Below are positions 30,348 through 39,255 of a stretch of 64,000 nucleotides of DNA, piece after piece. Below the pieces are notes generated by a model, which was given only the letters and a program-made list of their open reading frames with translations, was not told where the DNA came from and searched no databases. The stretch covers positions 9,150 through 73,149 of the forward strand of contig JAKQVC010000058.1 in assembly GCA_029571985.1 (NCBI GenBank), in the 5' to 3' direction. Source of the stretch: Bacteroidota bacterium (lineage in GTDB: Bacteria; Bacteroidota; Bacteroidia; Chitinophagales; BACL12). Numbering within the stretch: the first letter of the stretch is position 1; each line of letters starts with the position of its first letter. Made by a program: the position numbers and the translations under genes.

Positions 30348-31475
30348 TTACAAGGTTCCCCTTAATTCCTGTTCGCGTTCGATAGCTTCAAATAAAGCTT
30401 TGAAATTGCCTTTTCCGAAACTACGCGCGCCGTGTCGTTGGATAATTTCATAGAATACTGTCGGACGATCCTCTACCGGCTTGGTAAACAATTGCAGCAG
30501 GTAACCTTCCTCATCGCGATCTATGAGAATATTGAGTTTTTTTAATGCTTCAAAGTCTTCATCAATATGACCAACGCGATCCAAAACATCTTCATAGTAG
30601 GTTTCAGGCACATATAAAAATTCAACACCACGAGCGCGTAACTCCGTTACCGTTTCGATAATGTTGTCAGTTGCAATAGCAATATGTTGCACACCGGCAC
30701 CTTTATAAAAATCGATATATTCTTCGATTTGTGATTTTTTCTTTCCTTCAGCAGGCTCGTTAATCGGAAACTTCACAAATCCGTTGCCATTACTCACCAC
30801 CTTGCTCATCAGGGCTGAATATTCTGTTGAAATATCCTTGTCATCAAAAGTAATCAGTAACTGAAAGCCCATTACCTGCTCGTAAAATTTCACCCATTCA
30901 TTCATTTGTCCGAGCTCTACATTGCCAACACAGTGGTCAACATACTTGAGGCCGATTGGCTTAACCGGCACGTTTGATTTTTTTGGTGCAAAACCAGGTA
31001 AAAATGCTCCGGTATAATTTTTCCTTTCTACGAATTTATGTATGGTTTCGCCATAGGTTTGAATAGCTGAAATAACTACCTCGCCATGCTCATCCTGCAT
31101 ACGTGTTGGGGCGATTACACTTTTAGCACCACGTTTAATGGTTTCTTCATAGCTTTTGGTAGCATCGTCAACCCACAAGGCTAACACCTTTACCCCATCA
31201 CCATGTTTACGCACGTGTTGTGAAATATCACTCTCCGGGTCGAACGAGGTGGTAAGTACCAAACGAATTTTGCCTTGTTGCAACACATAGCTAGCACGAT
31301 CCTTAATACCGGTTTCCAATCCGGCATAAGCCACTAATTCATAACCCCACGCCGACTGATAATAATAAGCCGACTGCTTTGCATTACCCACATAAAATTC
31401 AATATGATCCGTACCATTCAAAGGCAAAAAATCGGTCACAATTTGAGGATTAGATGTTAAGGTTGATTGTTCCAT
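30348..31475 (-). CDS. hppD: 4-hydroxyphenylpyruvate dioxygenase
   Basis: Two VOC domains, GVQHIA, IDRDE.GYLLQ.FT and FFE.IQR.G..GFG.GNF.ALF..IE..Q motifs. Confidence 0.95.
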   Translation of the reverse strand: MEQSTLTSNPQIVTDFLPLNGTDHIEFYVGNAKQSAYYYQSAWGYELVAYAGLETGIKDRASYVLQQGKIRLVLTTSFDPESDISQHVRKHGDGVKVLALWVDDATKSYEETIKRGAKSVIAPTRMQDEHGEVVISAIQTYGETIHKFVERKNYTGAFLPGFAPKKSNVPVKPIGLKYVDHCVGNVELGQMNEWVKFYEQVMGFQLLITFDDKDISTEYSALMSKVVSNGNGFVKFPINEPAEGKKKSQIEEYIDFYKGAGVQHIAIATDNIIETVTELRARGVEFLYVPETYYEDVLDRVGHIDEDFEALKKLNILIDRDEEGYLLQLFTKPVEDRPTVFYEIIQRHGARSFGKGNFKALFEAIEREQELRGTL

Positions 31476-31545
31476 GATTTGTATTGTTATCCTGATTAAG
31501 AATTTGATTTAATTGATGATATTAAACGGTTGAAAGTGGCCTTTT

Positions 31546-31577
31546 ATTAGCCGATTAGCCAATTAGCCGATTAGCCG
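31546..31577 (+). repeat. tandem octamer array (ATTAGCCG x4, one A variant)
   Basis: The direct reading is ATTAGCCG ATTAGCCA ATTAGCCG ATTAGCCG, about 70 bp upstream of the hppD start codon. Confidence 0.9.
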
Positions 31578-31686
31578 TCTTTTTTATTCACTATTTGTGC
31601 CAATTATGTGCATTGATTTTTTTAAAGTATTTATGTGTAACTCAAATTATTTTATAATGATTTCTTTGTTGAACTTATAATGATGT

Positions 31687-32007
31687 TTAGAATTTTTCGA
31701 TTGATAATGCTTGTGATTCCAAATGTTCCGCATTCGGATAATTCACTGAAGCTCTGCATAACCTAATCCAATAGATGGTTTCTTCTGCTTCCTTGCCGGC
31801 GATTTTCATTTTGTGTATGAAATCAAGTTTGCTTTCCGCATTTTGTGCCTCGTGTACAAGTGCGCCTATACTTGTGCCGGAGCGCCATAATTGTCTGGAC
31901 ATCAGAAAAAGCCTTTGTGATTCTAACAATGAACAATAGGTCATTACATCAACTGAAAAAGCAAAGGTCAGTTCTAAAATCAAGTTGCCCTTTTTGTATT
32001 TACTCAT
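31687..32007 (-). CDS. four-helix-bundle protein (23S rRNA intervening-sequence protein family; same family I recall for DGR Avd proteins)
   Basis: L..Q..RS..SI.A...EA......DF..K..IA.KEA.ET.YW..L signature. I prefer the ATG at 32007 (MSKYKKGN) to the listed 32034. Confidence 0.8.
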   Translation of the reverse strand: MSKYKKGNLILELTFAFSVDVMTYCSLLESQRLFLMSRQLWRSGTSIGALVHEAQNAESKLDFIHKMKIAGKEAEETIYWIRLCRASVNYPNAEHLESQALSIEKF

Positions 32008-32167
32008 GGTCAGCAAATAATTTGCACGCAACAATTGAAGTGCATATGTTAATATTTGCCTAAATATATGAGTTCAAAAACAGGATACTTAAATACTTAA
32101 ATGTTTCAAACGCAAATCATAAGTAAAGAACAACCAAATAAACTAATAACCAGTAAACCGTAAGCGC

Positions 32168-32303
32168 TTAAATATAAATTTATCTTCCCACTAAATTTTT
32201 TTACCAAACCCATCACCCCCCTAATCACCCAATCCTCAATCCTCAATCCTCAATCCTCCCTAATCATCAAATCCCCCAATCAACTAATCGGCTAATCCTC
32301 CAA
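32168..32303 (+). repeat. G-free low-complexity tract with an AATCCTC x4 heptamer array and an inverted GATTAGCC octamer
   Basis: There is no G on the + strand from 32168 to 32289. AATCCTC x4 lies at 32231-32258. AATCGGCTAATC (reverse complement GATTAGCCGATT) lies at 32286-32297 and abuts the hmgA stop codon. Confidence 0.9.
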
Positions 32304-33461
32304 TCAGCTGAGCCACGACAAATAATATTCCTTATCCTCAATCTCCAAAGCATCTTCTGTCAGTTGCAAAGGTTTGAATGGGTCTATCATTACGGCTAAT
32401 TCTTTTGTTTCTGTTTTGCCGATGGAGCCTTCATAGGTGCCGGGGTGCGGACCATGAGGGATTCCTCCGGGATGTAAGGTGATTTGTCCGCGCTCAACAC
32501 TTTTTCTGCTCATAAAATCACCATCCACGTAATACAATATTTCATCCGAATCGATATTACTGTGATTGTATGGCGCAGGAATAGCAAGTGGATGATAATC
32601 ATACATACGCGGTACAAAACTGCATACCACAAAATTTCGCGCTTCAAAAGTTTGATGCACCGGTGGTGGTTGATGCACTCTTCCGGTGATGGGTTCGAAA
32701 TTGTGTATACTAAATGCCCATGGATAAACATATCCATCCCAACCAATTAAATCGAATGGATGATTGGCATAATGGTACGGATAGATAATACCCTGCTTTT
32801 TTATCTTGAAGTAATAATCACCAACCTCATCGTACGTTTTCAGATTTTCCGGAACTTTAATGTCACGCTCACAAAAAGGCGCATGTTCCATTAACTGACC
32901 TACTTTGTTCATGTAGCGTTTTGGAAATTCGATAGGTGAAAACGATTCAACTATCAAAAGGCGATTGTTTTCCGTTTCAAAATGTATCTGATAAATCGTT
33001 CCACGCGGAACCACTACATAATCTCCGTATTCAAATGCAATTTCGCCGTAGGCACTTAATAATTTACCCTTTCCTTCGTGAATGAAAATCATTTCATCTG
33101 CATCCACGTTCTTATAGAAGTAATCCGTCATGCTCTTTCTCGGAGCAGCTAACGAAATGTGTAAATCGCTATTCACCAACACCGCCTTGCGACTTTCCAG
33201 AAAATCATCCGCAGGCGCAATCTTGAACCCTTTCAGCGAGCGGTGCTTGAGCTGTCGGCTTAATACAACCTTTGGTTCAACACTGTAAGCTTCTCCAACC
33301 TGTTTAATTTTAGTTGGCGGATACAGGTGATACAATAATGAATAGGTATTACTGAATCCTTCGGTAGAAAACAGTTCTTCGTGATATAACGAGCCGTCTG
33401 GCTTACGGTACTGGGTATGCCTCTTCTGCGGCACCTGCCCCCTTAAGCAATAAAATGGCAT
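32304..33461 (-). CDS. hmgA: homogentisate 1,2-dioxygenase
   Basis: 385-aa Bacteroidota-type HGD. It sits next to hppD in the same pathway, with GEAYSVEP, IHEGKG and TLHP.G.PHGPHPG motifs. Confidence 0.9.
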   Translation of the reverse strand: MPFYCLRGQVPQKRHTQYRKPDGSLYHEELFSTEGFSNTYSLLYHLYPPTKIKQVGEAYSVEPKVVLSRQLKHRSLKGFKIAPADDFLESRKAVLVNSDLHISLAAPRKSMTDYFYKNVDADEMIFIHEGKGKLLSAYGEIAFEYGDYVVVPRGTIYQIHFETENNRLLIVESFSPIEFPKRYMNKVGQLMEHAPFCERDIKVPENLKTYDEVGDYYFKIKKQGIIYPYHYANHPFDLIGWDGYVYPWAFSIHNFEPITGRVHQPPPVHQTFEARNFVVCSFVPRMYDYHPLAIPAPYNHSNIDSDEILYYVDGDFMSRKSVERGQITLHPGGIPHGPHPGTYEGSIGKTETKELAVMIDPFKPLQLTEDALEIEDKEYYLSWLS

Positions 33462-33559
33462 AGTAGTCCTTTTAAGTATGCACTACAAAGGTAACAAAAA
33501 CCCACCCTGTAAAGAGTGACTTTTATCAATACCAGGTGCAAAACGGCAAACCTGTTGAT

Positions 33560-34744
33560 TTACAGGCCTCTGCGCTTAATTTCCTTGTGTATAAGCGATA
33601 ATTCCCTGCTCATTTGACCACTCACGGATTTATTCTCCTGAGCACGGCGAATCAGGTAAGGTATAACATCCTTCACCGGTCCGTAAGGGAGGTATTTGGC
33701 CACGTTAAATCCGCCTTTCGCCAAATTATAAGTAATTTGATCACTCATGCCATACAGTTGCGAGAACCAAAAATGTGGATGATTAGCCGGAATTCCCCGT
33801 TCTTGCATCGTTGTAGCAAGTTGCATGCTGCTGTCTTCATTATGTGTAGCTGCACAAACCGCAACATTATGCATATTGTCTAAACACAATTGAATGGCAA
33901 GATTATAATCCCGGTCAGTTGCTGCTTTATTGGGTTGAATCGGATCGGTATAGCCTAATTCAGTTGCCCGTTTCCTCTCCTTATCCATATAAGCGCCACG
34001 CACCGGTTTTAACCCCAAAATATAGCCATGCGATTGTGCGTCTGCTAACGAACGCTGACAAAATGCAAGCCTGTCGTGGCGATACATTTGTGGCGTGCTA
34101 TACACAACCGCTTTTTGTTTATTGAAGGTGCGCATAAGCTCGAAGGTCAGGTTGTCAATTGCATCCTGAATCCAGCTCTCTTCAGCATCTACAAACAATC
34201 CTACGCCATTATCCGCAGCGGCTTGTGCAATGGCAAACATGCGTGTGTAGAGTGCCTCTTTTTCAGTCTGCTCAGCTGCTGAAAGGGCACTTCCCGTATT
34301 GAGTTTTTCTAATAAGGCAAATGAAGTTAAACCCGTTACCTTACAACTGATAAATGGAATATTTTTCTTGCCTGCGGCGAATTGTAAAATATGAATTAAC
34401 TCGTTTTTGGTACGTTCAAATTCTGCTTCAGACTCCTTCCCCTCAACCCCATAGTCAATGATGGCACTAATGCCGAATTTTTCCAGCTCGGCCAGCACTT
34501 TTTTGGTTTCCTCCAGGGTTTCACCGCCACAAAATTGCTCATATACCGTTTTCTTAATCAACCATTTCACCGGTAAATGCATCTTAATGGATAAGGATGC
34601 CATCGTAGTGAGTACATTGGTTAAAACAGGGTGATTCATCATCCTGAACAACTGGTATTCCCATTTTAAGGCTTTATCGGTCCGGCCTGAAAATGCAGTG
34701 GCCGTATCATTGAAGTCAACACGAGGTGCGGGTTCCAAAATCAA
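33560..34744 (-). CDS. proline dehydrogenase family protein
   Basis: F.DT..AF...TD..L.....LF, FCGGE., DAEESW.QDA and Q.YR.D motifs of monofunctional PRODH. Confidence 0.85.
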   Translation of the reverse strand: MILEPAPRVDFNDTATAFSGRTDKALKWEYQLFRMMNHPVLTNVLTTMASLSIKMHLPVKWLIKKTVYEQFCGGETLEETKKVLAELEKFGISAIIDYGVEGKESEAEFERTKNELIHILQFAAGKKNIPFISCKVTGLTSFALLEKLNTGSALSAAEQTEKEALYTRMFAIAQAAADNGVGLFVDAEESWIQDAIDNLTFELMRTFNKQKAVVYSTPQMYRHDRLAFCQRSLADAQSHGYILGLKPVRGAYMDKERKRATELGYTDPIQPNKAATDRDYNLAIQLCLDNMHNVAVCAATHNEDSSMQLATTMQERGIPANHPHFWFSQLYGMSDQITYNLAKGGFNVAKYLPYGPVKDVIPYLIRRAQENKSVSGQMSRELSLIHKEIKRRGL

Positions 34745-34785
34745 TAGAATTTGTGCAAATATACATTCAACTCTATATTTAGGCC

Positions 34786-36114
34786 ATGATGAAAATCTTT
34801 TCGGGAAAGAATAGGACGTGCCGACTGTTCGGGATGCTGTATCTGACGCTACTGACCAACGTTTCCATTGCCCAAACCTATACCTCTTATTTTACGGGCG
34901 ACACCAGTGATGTGGTAACGGCACCACTGTCGGGAACTGTACTCATGGGAGGCGCCACAGAAAATGATAATGCCATGCGTTGGTTTCTGGAGAGGGCCGA
35001 TGGCGGTGATATAGTTGTATTACGGGCTTCAGGGGATGATGGTTATAACGACTATTTCTTTGAAGATTTAGGCGTTACAGTCAATTCTGTCGAATCCATC
35101 GTTTGCCTTGAACCGGCATCAGGTTCAGATCCGTACATCCTACAGCAGGTGCAAAATGCTGAGGCACTCTGGTTTGCCGGTGGCGATCAGTGGGATTACG
35201 TGTCCTATTGGCGCGATACACCTCTGGAAGATGTGTTCAACGACTTAATCCTCAATAAAAAAATTACCATCGGTGGAACCAGCGCCGGATGTGCCATTCA
35301 GGGACAGGCGTATTTTTCTGCCGAAAACGGAAGTGTTACCACCAATATCGCACTCAACAATCCTTACCACAATACCATGACCCTGGGGTATAACGATTTT
35401 CTGCAAAATCCATTTTTATGGAATACCATTTCAGATACGCATTATGATAACCCGGATCGCCGCGGCCGACATGCTGCTTTTCTGGCTAGGTTATATACGG
35501 ATTATGGCGTACCGTTTTTTGGTATCGGGGTTGAAGAATATACTGCAGTATGTATCGATGAAAATGGTTTGGCACGTGTTTATGGCAGCTATCCGGATTA
35601 TGACGATTATGCTTTTTTTCTGCAACCGAATTGTCCGGGTCCCAATAACCCCGAAACCTGCAATGCGGATGATCCAATTACCTGGAACAGAGATAATGCC
35701 GCTTTGAAAGTAATACGTATTCCCGGAACGGAAGATGGCTCCGTATCCTTAAATTTGGTGGATTGGAAAACACTCTCTGGCGCAGATACCATGTGGCAAA
35801 ACTGGTGGATTGAGGCAGGTGATATTTTCTATGCGGAAAATCAACAACCAATTGATTGTTCGGTGGGTATCATCCCTTCAACACTCGAAGCATTTCAGGT
35901 TTCACCTAATCCGGCTTCAACTTATATACAAATTACACAGCCTGCCGGCACAGCAATGGAATACGCAATTGCAAATCTGGAAGGAAAAATAATCCAATCC
36001 GGAATCGTTACAGGACAGGAAAAGTTGAATATAGCCGACTTACCGGATGGTATGTATTGTATTTCGTTTACGCATCAGCAAATAAGAGGGAGCGGATATT
36101 TTATCAAATTATAA
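34786..36114 (+). CDS. secreted peptidase S51 / cyanophycinase-like (class I glutamine-amidotransferase-like) protein with a T9SS type A C-terminal domain
   Basis: Signal peptide, the IGGTSAGCAIQG nucleophile motif and a C-terminal VSPNPAS.YI.I...G.Y. Confidence 0.7.
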   Translation: MMKIFSGKNRTCRLFGMLYLTLLTNVSIAQTYTSYFTGDTSDVVTAPLSGTVLMGGATENDNAMRWFLERADGGDIVVLRASGDDGYNDYFFEDLGVTVNSVESIVCLEPASGSDPYILQQVQNAEALWFAGGDQWDYVSYWRDTPLEDVFNDLILNKKITIGGTSAGCAIQGQAYFSAENGSVTTNIALNNPYHNTMTLGYNDFLQNPFLWNTISDTHYDNPDRRGRHAAFLARLYTDYGVPFFGIGVEEYTAVCIDENGLARVYGSYPDYDDYAFFLQPNCPGPNNPETCNADDPITWNRDNAALKVIRIPGTEDGSVSLNLVDWKTLSGADTMWQNWWIEAGDIFYAENQQPIDCSVGIIPSTLEAFQVSPNPASTYIQITQPAGTAMEYAIANLEGKIIQSGIVTGQEKLNIADLPDGMYCISFTHQQIRGSGYFIKL

Positions 36115-36119
36115 TCTGA

Positions 36120-37334
36120 CTATCGAATCAGTTGTAATGTTCCGCATTTATTCGTGGTAATGCCACTGATATTTGTCGTGTAGCGCAAAACATAAACGTA
36201 TACCCCCACGTCTGCCGGTTTATTGTTGATGGTGCCATCCCAGCCTGTAGGGTTTTGAGTGCCGCTATAAACAAGACTACCCCATCGGTCGTAAACATCC
36301 AATTGGTCAACGGTAACATTTTCTGATTGCACACGATAGATATCGTTTACGCCATCATTATTGGGAGAAAATGCATTTGGGAAATAAAAAATTTCCGGGC
36401 AATCGTATATCCAATGTGTGCCAACACGCACCGTATCAACAGCGCAACCATTGTCAATAAGTGCCGTATAAACACCCTCCTGTGTGAAGGTACGCACACT
36501 GCCCAGCGGACCATCTGTCCAACTTACAACAGGATGCACGTTAAGTGGTTGTTCGATAAACTGAGATACATCCAATGTAACGGAACTGCCTTTACAAAAA
36601 AATGTATCGGTGTATGCAGTTTGAATCGGCATCGGCTGCACAGCAATATCATCTACAAATATATACGCCTTTGCAGGCATACCGCCACTGCCAACGCAAG
36701 GTGCGACGGCTTCACTATAATTATTTCCGACAGTGAGAAAATGTTCATTGCCTGTGGCAATAAAACAAAATGAAACATGATACCAGCCTTCTTTAGTTGA
36801 AATAGGATACTGTGGTTCTGTGCACAGAATCTGTTCATACAAAGTCATTTGTGTATTAAATCCATTGCTGATGGTATCCATTAAAGAATCTGAAGTGAGA
36901 TAAATACAAAATGCTGACGGGTAACAAGTGCTTTCATCCGCAATACTCACGTAAGCTTCTGCCTGATATGCATGATTTTTTATAAGAGGTTCAGTGATCT
37001 GTGTTTGAATAAACTCTCGGTATATCGGACCCGACTCTTCGGCAATATAAATGCCGGCATACCCATTTCCGGAATGCGGTATTTCAGACCCAATATAATT
37101 TGTTGGTGTCGAAACAACACCCGTGACATCACAAGTATTAAAGTAATCGGCTTTCGCAATATTGGCTTCAAACCAGCCATCTGCCAGCTGTAACAGCGAA
37201 GTGGTGTCCGGACAGGCAAGCATAATTTCGAAATCCCCGTTTTGAATCACATTCTGTGCCCATACCTGTCCCGCAAGCAGTATCGCCATACAGGCAATAC
37301 CTAAGCGGTAATATAGGCTGGTTTGGGGCTTCAT
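36120..37334 (-). CDS. secreted protein with a T9SS type B (gliding-motility-associated) C-terminal domain
   Basis: Signal peptide. The C-terminal is FPNAFSPNNDGVNDIY...VYDRWGSLVY...WDG...GVYVYVL. Confidence 0.7.
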   Translation of the reverse strand: MKPQTSLYYRLGIACMAILLAGQVWAQNVIQNGDFEIMLACPDTTSLLQLADGWFEANIAKADYFNTCDVTGVVSTPTNYIGSEIPHSGNGYAGIYIAEESGPIYREFIQTQITEPLIKNHAYQAEAYVSIADESTCYPSAFCIYLTSDSLMDTISNGFNTQMTLYEQILCTEPQYPISTKEGWYHVSFCFIATGNEHFLTVGNNYSEAVAPCVGSGGMPAKAYIFVDDIAVQPMPIQTAYTDTFFCKGSSVTLDVSQFIEQPLNVHPVVSWTDGPLGSVRTFTQEGVYTALIDNGCAVDTVRVGTHWIYDCPEIFYFPNAFSPNNDGVNDIYRVQSENVTVDQLDVYDRWGSLVYSGTQNPTGWDGTINNKPADVGVYVYVLRYTTNISGITTNKCGTLQLIR

Positions 37335-37450
37335 GTGCAGCTGACGACAGGTTTACCTGTTGTTATCAAAGGTAGTGTTAAGTTGCAATTTAGTGTCATT
37401 CAGGCGTAAAATAAGTATGTCTAACACGGTGAATTGTATATCTTTACCCC

Positions 37451-39244
37451 GTGCAGAGTTTCGTCGTTTCAGCGAGAAAATACAGGCCGTCGTCATGGCA
37501 GGATGTGATTGGTCAGGATCAGGTGGTAGCCACACTCAAAAATGCCATTCGCAATAACCATCTTGCGCAGTCGTTTTTGTTTTGTGGTCCTCGTGGTGTT
37601 GGCAAAACCACCTGCGCACGTATTTTGGCTAAAACCATCAACTGTGAAGATATCCAATCGAATGGTGAGGCTTGTAATGCATGTGAAAGTTGTAAGTCGT
37701 TTAACGAAAATGCATCTTTTAATATTCACGAGGTAGATGCGGCCTCTAATAATTCTGTCGATGATATCAGAAACCTGGTCGATCAGGTACGGTATGCCCC
37801 GGCTTCCGGTAAATTCAAGATATACATCATCGATGAGGTTCATATGCTCAGCTCAGCCGCTTTCAATGCATTTTTGAAAACGTTGGAAGAGCCGCCTGCT
37901 TATGTCAAGTTTATACTGGCCACAACAGAAAAGCATAAAATTATCCCAACTATCCTGAGCCGTTGTCAGATTTTCGATTTTAATCGCATCCGCATTCGCG
38001 ATATGGTTAAGCAATTGGATATTATCTGTTCCAACGAGGGCATTGCCGTTAACGAGGAGGCTTTGCATCTCATTGCCCAACGTGCGGATGGCGCCATGCG
38101 GGATGCATTAAGTATTTTCGACCGTATTACTTCCTTCTCCGGAAAAAAAATAGAGCCGAAAGATGTCATTGAGAATTTAAATATTCTTGATTACGAATAC
38201 TTTTTCAAAATTACAGATGCAGCAGCTGCTGAAGATGTTACATCTGCGTTGGTTATGTTCGATGAAATCGTGAATAAAGGTTTTGATGGGGATGTTTTTA
38301 TCAATGGTATGGCCGAACATTTTCGCAATCTGCTGATGTGTAAACATGAACAAACGGTGGCATTGCTGGATACAAGTGAAGCGGCTATCGGACGGTATAC
38401 AAATCAGGCGGCAATTATTTCAGCATCGTTTTTATTGAGTGGATTAAATATTCTGAATACGGCTGATATTCAATATCGCGGTGTTAAAAATAAACGCCTG
38501 CATGTCGAACTGGCCATCATGAAATTGTGCTATGTGCACCGCGCTGTTGCTAACATCGAATCAGGTGTACCGGAAAAAAAAACGGCTGACCTGACCAAAA
38601 CACAACCGGTTACCGAAAAAAAAAGACCTGAACCTCCTGTTGACACTACGCTGATACCGCCGGTTGATCAACCCAATCCAATACCGGAAGTAAAAAAAGT
38701 GGTACAGCCTATTGCTACGGTTAAAGTGCAAAATGCCAATTTACAAGTTCCGCCTCCGGAAGAGGTTGAAACGGTTATGATTCCCAAAAAAACCGACCTG
38801 CGCAATCAGGTAAAATTGCAGGAAGAAAAAAATAAAGTCGTTTCAACACAGCAGCAGCAAAATGGTACTATTGTTGCAATCTCTCCTGAAACTTTTTTTG
38901 TGGCATGGAAGCAATATGCTGCTTTAATTCGTCAGGATAAACAAACGGAAGCGAGCATAATGGATAATGCAGCCGTTACCATCGACAATCAGAATATCGT
39001 AAGTGTCAAACTCGAAAACCATATTGAAATAAACCTGCTGAAGGGCATCCAAAATGAATTAAGTGATTTTATACGCGAATCTCTTCAGAATGATACATTT
39101 GAAATTAATTTTTTAGTTGAAACGAAACAAGCAGAAAAAGTAAAACGTCCTTACACCCAACAGGAAAAATATCGCAAGATGGAAGAATTGAATCCGCTCA
39201 TCCGCGATTTACGTGAAAAGTTGGGATTTGAATTGGACTATTAA
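37451..39244 (+). CDS. dnaX: DNA polymerase III subunit gamma/tau
   Basis: GTG start. It has FVVSARKYRP, Walker A GPRGVGKTT, a Zn module C..C..C, DEVHMLS and SRCQ.F motifs. Two A9 runs follow the core (see findings). Confidence 0.95.
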   Translation: MQSFVVSARKYRPSSWQDVIGQDQVVATLKNAIRNNHLAQSFLFCGPRGVGKTTCARILAKTINCEDIQSNGEACNACESCKSFNENASFNIHEVDAASNNSVDDIRNLVDQVRYAPASGKFKIYIIDEVHMLSSAAFNAFLKTLEEPPAYVKFILATTEKHKIIPTILSRCQIFDFNRIRIRDMVKQLDIICSNEGIAVNEEALHLIAQRADGAMRDALSIFDRITSFSGKKIEPKDVIENLNILDYEYFFKITDAAAAEDVTSALVMFDEIVNKGFDGDVFINGMAEHFRNLLMCKHEQTVALLDTSEAAIGRYTNQAAIISASFLLSGLNILNTADIQYRGVKNKRLHVELAIMKLCYVHRAVANIESGVPEKKTADLTKTQPVTEKKRPEPPVDTTLIPPVDQPNPIPEVKKVVQPIATVKVQNANLQVPPPEEVETVMIPKKTDLRNQVKLQEEKNKVVSTQQQQNGTIVAISPETFFVAWKQYAALIRQDKQTEASIMDNAAVTIDNQNIVSVKLENHIEINLLKGIQNELSDFIRESLQNDTFEINFLVETKQAEKVKRPYTQQEKYRKMEELNPLIRDLREKLGFELDY

Positions 39245-39255
39245 ATCATCATAAA

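Noticed and set aside
37347-37360. Palindrome ACAGGT-TT-ACCTGT upstream of the T9SS cargo gene and dnaX (possible operator)
   Set aside because: It is a single inverted repeat with 6-bp arms. Such repeats are expected by chance many times in 64 kb, and it resembles no operator I know.
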